64,000 bases of DNA from assembly GCA_035578045.1 (NCBI GenBank), contig DATJWP010000207.1, positions 84,745-148,744 on the forward strand, in the 5' to 3' direction. A program made the position numbers and the translations under genes. Shown here piece by piece: positions 9,243-17,401 of the stretch (the first letter of the stretch is position 1; each line of letters opens with the position of its first letter). The notes beneath the pieces are model-generated. The model saw only the letters and a list, made by a program, of their open reading frames with translations, did no database searches and was not told where the DNA came from. Origin of the DNA: Polyangia bacterium. GTDB lineage: Bacteria > Myxococcota_A > Polyangia > Fen-1088.

Positions 9243-10319
9243 TCACCGAAACCGCACGCCGGCGGTCAGGCCCGCGGCCACGAAGAGCGGCGCGGCGCGG
9301 TAAAAGACCTTGGGCGCGAAGGCGAAGGAGTCCCGGATCCATGACGCGCCGGCGCTCGCGTGCGCCGAGATCTCCAGGGTGTTCCCGATCGGCAAGGTGA
9401 GCGCAGCCGCGCCACCCGCCGCGGCGAACGGCCGTTCGACCGTCACCCCCTGATACGTCTGCGACCCGGTCGCCACCAGCCGCCCGACCGTCCCGCTCGC
9501 GCAGGCCCGCGCTTCGACCCTCCAGGGGACCAGGCGCAGCGGACAGGCATCCAGCGTGAGCGTGTCCAGCGAGAAGTCGGCCAGCCCTCCCGTCTCGTTC
9601 AGTGTTCCAGACCACGTCAGCCCGGCCGACAGGCGGATGGCCAGAGACCAGACCGACGGACGATCCCAGCCCACGGTGAGATCCAGGGTCGGGCCGGGCG
9701 TCGCGCGCGGCGCCGGGCCGAACAGCACCTGGCCCCCGGCGGCGGCGCTCACGCGGAGCCGTCCGACGGGCGCGACCGGCGACGCCGATGGCGCGGCGAC
9801 CGGCGGGGGCGCCGGCGGAACCCGCGCGGGCGGCGCCGCAACCCGCCCGGGCGGCGGCGGGACCGGCGCGGGCGGTGCGGGGATCGCAGGTGGGGGCGGC
9901 GTCGTTCTCGCGGGCGGAGCGGTCGGCCCGGCGGCGGTCTCAGGATCGAAGACCAGCGCGATCAGCAGCGCCAGCGCGTCCGCCAGCTCCTCGCACGAAG
10001 GCGCCGAGAGCCGCCGCACCGCGGGCGTGCCGGCCGCCTGCGCGCCGGCAGGCGGCTCGATCGTCAGCTCGCCGGCGACCGCTCGCGGGCCCGGGGTGAT
10101 CGCGACGCGGACGCGGACCTGGGAGGCGTCCGGCTCGCTCCCCGGGGCGACGAGGTCGATCCGCCGCGTGCGCGCCGCGACGCGCGCCGCCAGCTCCTCG
10201 CGCGTGGTGCAATCGGGCGGCGCTTCGACCTGGAGCCGCACGGCCGGCGTCTGGACTGCCGCCGCCAGCGCGGCCACGACGGATGCGAGTGCCAGACACA
10301 ACCGCGGCGATGTTAGCAT
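9243..10319 (-). CDS. Exported protein with Cys-containing N-terminal domain, Pro-rich linker and C-terminal beta-barrel-like domain
   Basis: Signal-like N-terminus; CTTREEL...SCEELADALALLIALV; poly-Pro linker; strands ending AGLTAGVRFR. Architecture parallels 2759..3787. Confidence 0.7.
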   Translation of the reverse strand: MLTSPRLCLALASVVAALAAAVQTPAVRLQVEAPPDCTTREELAARVAARTRRIDLVAPGSEPDASQVRVRVAITPGPRAVAGELTIEPPAGAQAAGTPAVRRLSAPSCEELADALALLIALVFDPETAAGPTAPPARTTPPPPAIPAPPAPVPPPPGRVAAPPARVPPAPPPVAAPSASPVAPVGRLRVSAAAGGQVLFGPAPRATPGPTLDLTVGWDRPSVWSLAIRLSAGLTWSGTLNETGGLADFSLDTLTLDACPLRLVPWRVEARACASGTVGRLVATGSQTYQGVTVERPFAAAGGAAALTLPIGNTLEISAHASAGASWIRDSFAFAPKVFYRAAPLFVAAGLTAGVRFR

Positions 10320-10327
10320 CGGCCGGC

Positions 10328-11245
10328 ATGCGGTCGATCTCGGTCGGCGCCGGTCTGCTGGCGTGCGTCGGCTGCTCGGCGGGCAAGACGGTCACGCTCG
10401 GCGAGATCACGCCGCTGCCGTATCACTTCGATGCGCCGCAGCTGGTGGCCGAGCTGGCGTCGACCTCGCGCACGGACAACCCCACGCTGACCGGCGACCT
10501 GCTCGAGATCTACTTCACCACCGAGCGGGTGAGCGGAAACGGCGACGTCTGGTTCGCCGCCCGAGCGTCGGCCGCCGAGCCCTTCGGCGCGCCCGCGCCG
10601 GTCTCGGCGGTCAACGGATCGTCGTTCGAGACCAGCTCCGCGATCTCGACGGATGGGCTCACCCTCTGGTTCGGGTCCGACCGAGACGGCGGGACCGGCG
10701 CGGTCGACGTCTGGGTCTCGCAGCGCGGGACGCGCGGCGGCGACTGGTCGACGCCGGTGAACGTCGTGGCGCTGAACTCGGCCTCCGACGACATCCCGCG
10801 CCCGCCCGGCCAGCACGGCCTGGTCATGCCGATGGCGTCGAGCCGCCCGGCCGGCACCAACCCGAACGGCAACTACCAGACGTATCTGGCGGCGCGGCCG
10901 GGCGACGGGTCGCCCTTCACGACGCCGGCTCCCATCCCCGAACTGGACAACCCCGATCGCAGCACGGTCGACGGTTTCCTGACCGATGACGGCCTGACGT
11001 TGTTCTTCTCGGCGACGCCGAACGCCGGCGCGGCCCTGGACGGCGGCGCCGGAAACGCCGATCTCTACGTGGCCTGGCGGCAAGGGACCAGCGACCACTT
11101 CTCGTTCACCCAGCCGCTCGACGACCTGAACACGCCCGGCGACGAGCGCGACCCCTGGCTCACGCCCGACGGGAAGACCCTCTACTTCACCTCCGACCGC
11201 GGCGGCACCCTCAACATCTACACCGCCCAGGTGCAGCCGCGCTGA
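10328..11245 (+). CDS. Lipoprotein with PD40/TolB-like beta-propeller repeats
   Basis: Lipobox CVGC; repeats PTLTGDLLEIYFTTER, ISTDGLTLWFGSDR, LTDDGLTLFFS, PWLTPDGKTLYFTSDR. Confidence 0.85.
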   Translation: MRSISVGAGLLACVGCSAGKTVTLGEITPLPYHFDAPQLVAELASTSRTDNPTLTGDLLEIYFTTERVSGNGDVWFAARASAAEPFGAPAPVSAVNGSSFETSSAISTDGLTLWFGSDRDGGTGAVDVWVSQRGTRGGDWSTPVNVVALNSASDDIPRPPGQHGLVMPMASSRPAGTNPNGNYQTYLAARPGDGSPFTTPAPIPELDNPDRSTVDGFLTDDGLTLFFSATPNAGAALDGGAGNADLYVAWRQGTSDHFSFTQPLDDLNTPGDERDPWLTPDGKTLYFTSDRGGTLNIYTAQVQPR

Positions 11246-11264
11246 GCGTCGCGCGCGGCGCGGG

Positions 11265-11419
11265 CTACTTCGGCGCGATGCGGTCGACCGTCGGAAAGCG
11301 GGTGCGATGGCGGTGTGCGTCTCTCGTCAGACTCCGGAGGTCGATCCTGCAGGGATGCCCTGGAGCTCGACCTCGGTGCGCGGCAGGATCCTCAGCTCCT
11401 CGCGAAGCTCATCGGCCGG
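11265..11419 (-). pseudogene. Collapsed relic of an AbrB-type antitoxin / VapC(PIN) toxin pair
   Basis: Minus strand 11419-11363 reads PADELREELRILPRTEVEL (AbrB-like); 11330-11265 reads LTRDAHRHRTRFPTVDRIAPK* (like the LLTRD..RYRTYFP.V..IAP C-terminus of a PIN toxin subfamily). No start codon and the middle is missing. Confidence 0.6.
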
Positions 11420-13096
11420 TCACATGGGCGGTTGCCAGCCGGCGAGGACCACGGTTGGGTCGCGCATCATCGCGGCCTGGGACGACGTCAGCTGCTTCGA
11501 GCCGGCCAGGCGCTTGCTGACGTCAACGGGCTGGCCGCCGGCGTCGACGCTCTGGTACTCCCAGAAGCGGAGCATCGAGGTGTCGGTCCCGGCGGTGATC
11601 ATCCAGCCGGACGGCGCGATGCCGCTGGCCAGCTGGCAGTTGACGTAGGCCACGTGGCTGGCGGGATACACGGTGAGATCGATCCGCCCCAGGGAGATGC
11701 CGGTCAGCCCCGCGTCCGAGGTGATCTTGCTGTCGACGAACACGTACCCATAGGTCGAGGCGGGGTTTCGCGCCTGGACGATCACGCCGGTGCGGCCGAT
11801 GGTGCGGATCTCGCAGGTGTCGAAGTAGGCGGCGCCGGTTCCCCAGACGTAGTCCACGTTCCCCTCGATGAGGCAGTTCCTGGCGTAGAGGCGCCCGCTC
11901 CAGAGCAGCGTGTCCTGCAGGCTGATGATCGTGGCGTCGGTGACCACGCACTTGTCGCAGCTCTCGAGCCGCAGGGCCTCGGCCTGCGATCCGCCCTGCG
12001 GGGTCAGGTTGTGGATGGTCAGGTTGGTGACGGTCAACCCGTTGGTGCCGTCCCCCCCGATCAGCGCGCGGGCCTTGGTGCCCGGGTTCATGTTGTCGTT
12101 GTTCACCCCTTCGATCACGGTGCCGTCGCGGCTGGCGCCCTGGATGGTGACGTTGCTCTTGGACTTGAAGTAGACGATCTCGTGGTACGTGCCGTCGGCG
12201 AGCGAGACGGTCACGGCCGCCGTGTTGTTCGCGGGGACGAAGTCCAGCGCGCCCTGCAACGAGCAGAACGGCGCCGAGCCGTCGAGCGCCACCGAGACCG
12301 CTGACTTGCCGGCGGGCGCGGCGGAGGCGGTGGTGAACCGCCAGGCGTTGCTGCCGCTGACCGTGAAGGCGCCGCCGGTCGGGCTGTTGATCGCGCCCGC
12401 GCCGACGTTGACGTAGTAGGTCTGCCCGTACGCCAGCGGCCTGGACGGCAGGTAGACGACGACGGTGTTCCCATCGACGTAGATCGGCCGCTGGATCGCG
12501 AACGACATGCCGCCGTTGGTGCTGGTGGTGGTCGCGGCTGCGACGTCGACGGTGGCCACAGCGGTTCCCGACGCGTTGAAGATCTGGATCTTGCCGGTGG
12601 TTCCGATCGAGGGGGGGGCGGCCCCGGCCGCGAAGGTGATGCGAAGCTGAGGATCGGCGCAGACGCCCGTGCCGTTCGGAGGCGGGAAGACCGCGCTGGC
12701 GTTTCCCAGCGCCGCCGACTGGCCGCCGGCGCCGCCGGAGGCGGGCGAGCCGCCGCCTCCGGCGTGGCCGCCGGTGCCGCCGGTGGCGCCACCTGCGCCC
12801 GCCAACCCTCCGCCCACGCCCGCCACCGCGCCTCCGTGCCCGGCCGGCCCGCCGCCGCCGGCGGCGCCGCCACCGCCGGAACCGGCGCCGGCCAGGCCGG
12901 TCGCCAGCCCGCCCGTCCCGGCGACCGCGCTGCCGCCCGAGCCCCCGGGACTCGTGGTGGTTCCGGCCGCGCCGCCCGTTCCCGGTCCGCCCGCGTCAGT
13001 CTGGCCGCTGCCGCCGCAGCCCAAGATGCCCAGCAGGGCCAGGGCCACCAGCGTCGCTCGGGACGGGTGCATTCGAAGGTGCATGCAAACCTCCAT
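11420..13096 (-). CDS. Lipoprotein pectin methylesterase (CE8) with Ig-like domain
   Basis: Lipobox ILGC, Gly linker, Ig-like domain ending WRFTT; catalytic motifs QAEAL, LQDTL, IEGNVDYVWG, LGR. The true start may be a later Met. Confidence 0.88.
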   Translation of the reverse strand: MEVCMHLRMHPSRATLVALALLGILGCGGSGQTDAGGPGTGGAAGTTTSPGGSGGSAVAGTGGLATGLAGAGSGGGGAAGGGGPAGHGGAVAGVGGGLAGAGGATGGTGGHAGGGGSPASGGAGGQSAALGNASAVFPPPNGTGVCADPQLRITFAAGAAPPSIGTTGKIQIFNASGTAVATVDVAAATTTSTNGGMSFAIQRPIYVDGNTVVVYLPSRPLAYGQTYYVNVGAGAINSPTGGAFTVSGSNAWRFTTASAAPAGKSAVSVALDGSAPFCSLQGALDFVPANNTAAVTVSLADGTYHEIVYFKSKSNVTIQGASRDGTVIEGVNNDNMNPGTKARALIGGDGTNGLTVTNLTIHNLTPQGGSQAEALRLESCDKCVVTDATIISLQDTLLWSGRLYARNCLIEGNVDYVWGTGAAYFDTCEIRTIGRTGVIVQARNPASTYGYVFVDSKITSDAGLTGISLGRIDLTVYPASHVAYVNCQLASGIAPSGWMITAGTDTSMLRFWEYQSVDAGGQPVDVSKRLAGSKQLTSSQAAMMRDPTVVLAGWQPPM

Positions 13097-13158
13097 GCGC
13101 CGGCGGCCTCTGGTCGATCACGAATTCGTTCGCGCGAACGGGGTGCCGGAGGCCGCCG

Positions 13159-13776
13159 TCACAGAACGAAGTTGACCAGCAGCTTCTCCTCGCCGCGGAG
13201 CAGCTCCTCGGGGAAGCGCCACTTCTTTAGGTGGCTGGCGTAGCAGCGCCGGACGTCCCTGGCGGAGGCGTCGGCGCCCAGGATCTGCACCAGGTCGACC
13301 GCGCCGTTGGCGTTGATCTCGATCGCCGCTCCCAGCTCGACCGGCGGCCCCTGGCCGGGGTCATCCAGGCAGTCGCGCAGCTCGGGGGCGCGCTTGGCGG
13401 CGAAGGCCCGCAGCGCCTGCGTCCGCTGGCCTTCGTCCATCGGCTTGCGATCGGGCAGCGGCACCAGCGGGGCATCCGCCGCGGCCGTCTTGCCGCGACG
13501 GGCGACGCGCGTCGGGACCGGGGCCGCGGACCCGTGGGCCGCCGCCGGGGAGCCCGGCCTCTCGACGCAGGCCACGGCCGGCGGACAGACCGGCGGCGGT
13601 GGCGCCAGCGGGGGTGGCGCTCGGCGGATGCCGATCAGGTAGCCCGCTCCACCCCCGGCCGCCAGCAGAACCAGCGCCGCCGCCAGCAGCCCACCGGCGC
13701 CCCGGCGCGTGCGCCCCCCGGCGCCCCGGCGGGACGCCGACTGCCGCAACCAGGGGGGGAGATCCGCGGGTTCCAC
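13159..13776 (-). CDS. Single-TM protein with Pro linker and AgmX/PglI (TonB-C-like) C-terminal domain
   Basis: TM LLAAALVLLAAGGGAGYLIG; C-terminus ELRDCL...IEINANGAV...VRRCYASHLKKWRFP. Confidence 0.75.
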   Translation of the reverse strand: MEPADLPPWLRQSASRRGAGGRTRRGAGGLLAAALVLLAAGGGAGYLIGIRRAPPPLAPPPPVCPPAVACVERPGSPAAAHGSAAPVPTRVARRGKTAAADAPLVPLPDRKPMDEGQRTQALRAFAAKRAPELRDCLDDPGQGPPVELGAAIEINANGAVDLVQILGADASARDVRRCYASHLKKWRFPEELLRGEEKLLVNFVL

Positions 13777-13790
13777 CGGATCCGATCGGC

Positions 13791-14864
13791 TCAGTTGCTG
13801 ACCGCCAGCGCGGCGACGCCACTGCCCAGCGCCGTGATGGCGTCCTGGGGCTTGCTGCCGATCAGCGTGCAGAAGTCGCCGCTGTGCCCGGTGCCGCTGT
13901 GGGCGCTGTTGAGGGCCTGCATGAGCGGGGTGAAGTAGGCGTTGGACGACGGGCCGATCACGTCGAGCACCGCGGTCGGGAACCCCGGCACCGCCTTGCA
14001 GCGGGTCTGGAAGGCCGACTCGCTCTCCCCCTCGCTGGTCGCGACCGAGAGCTGGACGACCTGTCCCACCGGCATGCCACCGCTGGCGAACGACAGCCAG
14101 GCGGCGTTCCCGTTCGAATCGGCCTCCGCGAAGATGTCGGCCGGCGACCGTCCGTCGACGCTGCAGGCGTCGGTCCCCAGCGCGCAGCGGCGCGGCAGCG
14201 GCTGCAGGTAGACGACGATGAACAGGTCGTGCGGGACGTCGAAGAACGCGCTGCGATCGATGCCGCCCAGCGCGGCCGGCAGCGACGCCGAGCTCAGGCC
14301 GCGCCCGAACTCGATCACGTTCTTGGCCTCGCTGACCTCCCCGTTGCCGTCGAAGTTCCCGGAGGCGGCGAACAGTTGCAGCGCGGGACCGATGTCCCCG
14401 TCGTCGATGTTGGCCAGCGTCGGCGCGATGAGCGGCAACAGGCTCTGGTAGTTGGCCGCCCCCGCGTCGGCCCCCGCCAGCAGGGCCAGCAGCGCCAGCG
14501 AGGAAGCCGGGGCGCCGGCCGCGGTGTTCCTTCCGAGGAGCAGCCGCGGGCCGAACTGGTCGGCGTAGGTCGCGATGAGCCCCATGTTCACGATCGACAG
14601 CCCGCTCCCCTCCCAGTAGGAGGCCAGCCCTGTGATGATGCCGGCGTACTGATTCGCCAAGTTCGCCGAGGAGCGCTGCAAGTTCACGACGTAAAGGACG
14701 CTCGCCTCCAGCGGTTTGGGCGGCGGCAGCGCGTCCGGCCGTGGGCGCGGGACGGGAACGATCTTGATGATGGGCTTGCCGGCGTCGGGCCCGCCGGGCG
14801 CAACGATGGTGCAGCCGGTCAGCAGCGACAGGACGACCGCAGACAGAACGGTGAAGGTCTTCAT
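13791..14864 (-). CDS. Lipoprotein with degenerate VWA-like domain
   Basis: ATG at 14864 overlaps the upstream stop. Lipobox LLTGC; SVLYVVNLQRSS, MGLIAT, DLFIVVYLQ and SGDFC follow the order of VWA core elements, with no intact MIDAS. Confidence 0.7.
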   Translation of the reverse strand: MKTFTVLSAVVLSLLTGCTIVAPGGPDAGKPIIKIVPVPRPRPDALPPPKPLEASVLYVVNLQRSSANLANQYAGIITGLASYWEGSGLSIVNMGLIATYADQFGPRLLLGRNTAAGAPASSLALLALLAGADAGAANYQSLLPLIAPTLANIDDGDIGPALQLFAASGNFDGNGEVSEAKNVIEFGRGLSSASLPAALGGIDRSAFFDVPHDLFIVVYLQPLPRRCALGTDACSVDGRSPADIFAEADSNGNAAWLSFASGGMPVGQVVQLSVATSEGESESAFQTRCKAVPGFPTAVLDVIGPSSNAYFTPLMQALNSAHSGTGHSGDFCTLIGSKPQDAITALGSGVAALAVSN

Positions 14865-16642
14865 AGCGCGACCACCTTTCCCTTGTCCTTGGTGCTCTCC
14901 ATGGCCGGTCGAGGAACCTGCAACCCGCGCGCCCGCAGCGCGGCGCGCAGGGCCGCGAACAGCGTCCGCCGCGCCTCGGCGGCCTCCGCCGGCGTCGGCG
15001 ACACCGCCAGCGAGAGGTCCTCCTGCAGCGAAGCGCCGACGGTGGGCGGCAGGGCCGCCATCGCGCGCGCGGCCACGCCGGGCGGCGCCACGCGCAGGAA
15101 CCGGGCCAGCGTCTCGGCCGGCACCGACATGATCGCCGCGCTCAGGACGTCCTCGGACACCAGCTCGAACGACCCGTCCGAGACCAGCGCCCCCTCGACC
15201 GCGCGCGCCCGCGCCGGGTCGGCCCGGCGCATCGCCTCCAGCATCGCCGCCTGCTCCGTGGCCGGGCGCTCCTCGACCAGCTCGACCGCCAGGTCGATGT
15301 CGCCGGTCTCGCCCGCGTCCAGGTGGGCCAGCTCGACCGCGCGCGCTCGCAGCGTCGCCGCGATGTCCAGCAGGTGGTCGCGCGCCAGCGACTTGGGCGA
15401 CGCGATCGCCGTCGCGAGCGCCGCGCGCTCCTCGGCGGACGAAGCCTCGAGGTAGGCCGCCCGCAGGTGGGCCGGGGCGTACCGGAGGGCCGCCGCGACG
15501 ACCGGCGCCGGCTCCGGCTTCAAGAGGGCGAGCAGCCGGGTGGGGGACAGCCCCAGCAGGAAGGAGAACTCCTGCTCCACCGGGTCGTCGGTCCCCACCA
15601 TCTGGTGCTTCAAGATGCGGCGGTGCAGCTGTTCGGCAACCTCGCGCGCGTCGGTCGCGCGTCCAGCCGTGACCAGCAGCGCGGCTGCCTCGCGCAGCGG
15701 CGCCGCGCAGGACGGATCGCTCCGCACGTCCTCGACGATGCCCGGGCCGACCAGCTCGACCGCGGTCGCCACCGTCTCGATCTGATTTTCGCGCAGCAGC
15801 TCGCGCATGACCCGGCGCGCGAGCACCCGGTCCTCGCGCAGCGCCCGCCGCACGTCCGGCAGGTGATCGACGGCGGGCGCAGCCGGCGCGGTGGCCGGCT
15901 TGCCGTCGCCGGCGCGCGGCGCGGCGCCGTTCGCCAGCGCCTCGTTCCGCCGGCGCGCCCGGGCCTCGGCCAGCATGCCCAGCAGCACGAACGTCAGACC
16001 CCCGATGATCAGCGCCAGAATGGCCAGGCCGATCGCGAACGACCACGGGACCCCGCGCGATCCGGTGTCCGCCGGCGGCGGAACCGGGGGTGGCGGCTGT
16101 GGCTGCGGCGCCGCCGCCGGGGCGTGATTGGCCGGCGGGGCGGGCTGCGGCATCTGCGGGTAGGGGTAGGGGGGCGGCTCGCGCGGCGCGGGAGGCTGGG
16201 GGCGCGGCGTCGGGAAGGCGATCACGCTGTCGGTGATCTCGACAGGCACGTCCAGCGCGTCCAGCCGCGCCTTGATCAGGTTCTTGAGGTCCTTGCGAAA
16301 CTGCGGCGGCAGCTTCGTGTCCAGCGTGAGCGCGACCTCGACCTTCTCGGCCACGAATTCGGTCCCGGGGGTCAGCTCCTCGAAGCCCGGGGCGGCGCCG
16401 GACGGCAGCGCGGTCGGCCGGTTCACGCGCACGTCGATGTACTTGAGCTCCGCTTGACCGGGCGCCATCTCTTCCAGCACCGGCTGCACCCGCCGCTGGA
16501 TGTCCTCGCGCACGCGGCTCTCCAGCATCTGGGCGTCGTTGCCGAACGGTGGCCGCCGTTCGGCGCGCGCGCCACCCGCCGCCAGCACGATCCCCGCCGC
16601 CAGCGCGGCACCCACCCAGATTTGAATTCGCTTGCGCATCAT
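14861..16642 (-). CDS. Membrane-anchored protein with exported N-terminal domain and cytoplasmic FliG middle/C-terminal-like domains
   Basis: AGGAG precedes ATG 16642; signal peptide ending GGARA; Pro linker; TM WSFAIGLAILALIIGGLTFVLLGML. FliG_M-like FSFLLGLSPTRLLALLKPEPAPVVAAALRY; FliG_C-like MLEAMRRADPARARAV...LARFLR...LQEDL...AEAAEARR. Confidence 0.75.
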   Translation of the reverse strand: MMRKRIQIWVGAALAAGIVLAAGGARAERRPPFGNDAQMLESRVREDIQRRVQPVLEEMAPGQAELKYIDVRVNRPTALPSGAAPGFEELTPGTEFVAEKVEVALTLDTKLPPQFRKDLKNLIKARLDALDVPVEITDSVIAFPTPRPQPPAPREPPPYPYPQMPQPAPPANHAPAAAPQPQPPPPVPPPADTGSRGVPWSFAIGLAILALIIGGLTFVLLGMLAEARARRRNEALANGAAPRAGDGKPATAPAAPAVDHLPDVRRALREDRVLARRVMRELLRENQIETVATAVELVGPGIVEDVRSDPSCAAPLREAAALLVTAGRATDAREVAEQLHRRILKHQMVGTDDPVEQEFSFLLGLSPTRLLALLKPEPAPVVAAALRYAPAHLRAAYLEASSAEERAALATAIASPKSLARDHLLDIAATLRARAVELAHLDAGETGDIDLAVELVEERPATEQAAMLEAMRRADPARARAVEGALVSDGSFELVSEDVLSAAIMSVPAETLARFLRVAPPGVAARAMAALPPTVGASLQEDLSLAVSPTPAEAAEARRTLFAALRAALRARGLQVPRPAMESTKDKGKVVAL

Positions 16643-16729
16643 GTCCCTGCTCCTGCTAGGCCGCCTATCGGGCGGCACGTCGTCGGGCATGGTTCGCGTC
16701 GTTCACCGTTGCCTGACGGCAACGCCCTC

Positions 16730-17401
16730 CTAGTGGACACGGATCACCACCCGCCGGTTCTCGGCGCGGGCGCGCGCCTGCCCGGCGGCGTCGCCCTGCA
16801 CCGGCACGGCCGGCCGCGTGTCGGCGTAGCCCTGCGCCGACAGGTGTTGCGGGTCGATGCCCGCGGCGGTGAACAGCTTCAGCACGTTGATGGCGCGCGC
16901 CGACGAGAGCTCCCAGTTCGTGTCGAACCGGCCGGTGTGGATCGGCACGTCGTCGGTGTGTCCCTCGATGGCGATCTGATAGCGGGAGTCGATCGTGGGC
17001 AGCAGCTTGCCGACCTGGTCGATGGTCTTGCGCCCGGTCGGCGTGATGTCGGCCTGGCCGCTATCGAACAGCAGCGCGTTCTTCAGCTCCATCTTCAGCC
17101 CCTCTTCGTCGACCACGGTCTTGACCTGGTCGGTCAGCTTCTCGGCCGCGATGACGCCGTCGATCTTCTCCTTCAGCACCTCCAGCGACGGGGGAGGGCT
17201 GTGCTTGGAGATGGCGGCCGAGACCTTCTCGAACCGGTGGAGGTCGACCTTGGACATGGCCAGCGCCAGGATCAGGAACGACAGCAGCAGGCTGATCACG
17301 TCGACGTAGGGCAGCAGCCAGGAGGTGTCCTCCTCCTGGCTGTACGCCAGCAGATCGGCGGGCTCGGCGGCGCGGGCCGCCCTGCCGTTGTGTGTCGCCA
17401 T
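16730..17401 (-). CDS. motB: MotB-type stator protein with OmpA-like peptidoglycan-binding domain
   Basis: TM SWLLPYVDVISLLLSFLILALAMS with the conserved Asp; plug-like KVDLHRFEKV; LFDSG, IEGHTDDVP, NWELSSARA, GYADTRP, NRRV. Confidence 0.92.
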   Translation of the reverse strand: MATHNGRAARAAEPADLLAYSQEEDTSWLLPYVDVISLLLSFLILALAMSKVDLHRFEKVSAAISKHSPPPSLEVLKEKIDGVIAAEKLTDQVKTVVDEEGLKMELKNALLFDSGQADITPTGRKTIDQVGKLLPTIDSRYQIAIEGHTDDVPIHTGRFDTNWELSSARAINVLKLFTAAGIDPQHLSAQGYADTRPAVPVQGDAAGQARARAENRRVVIRVH

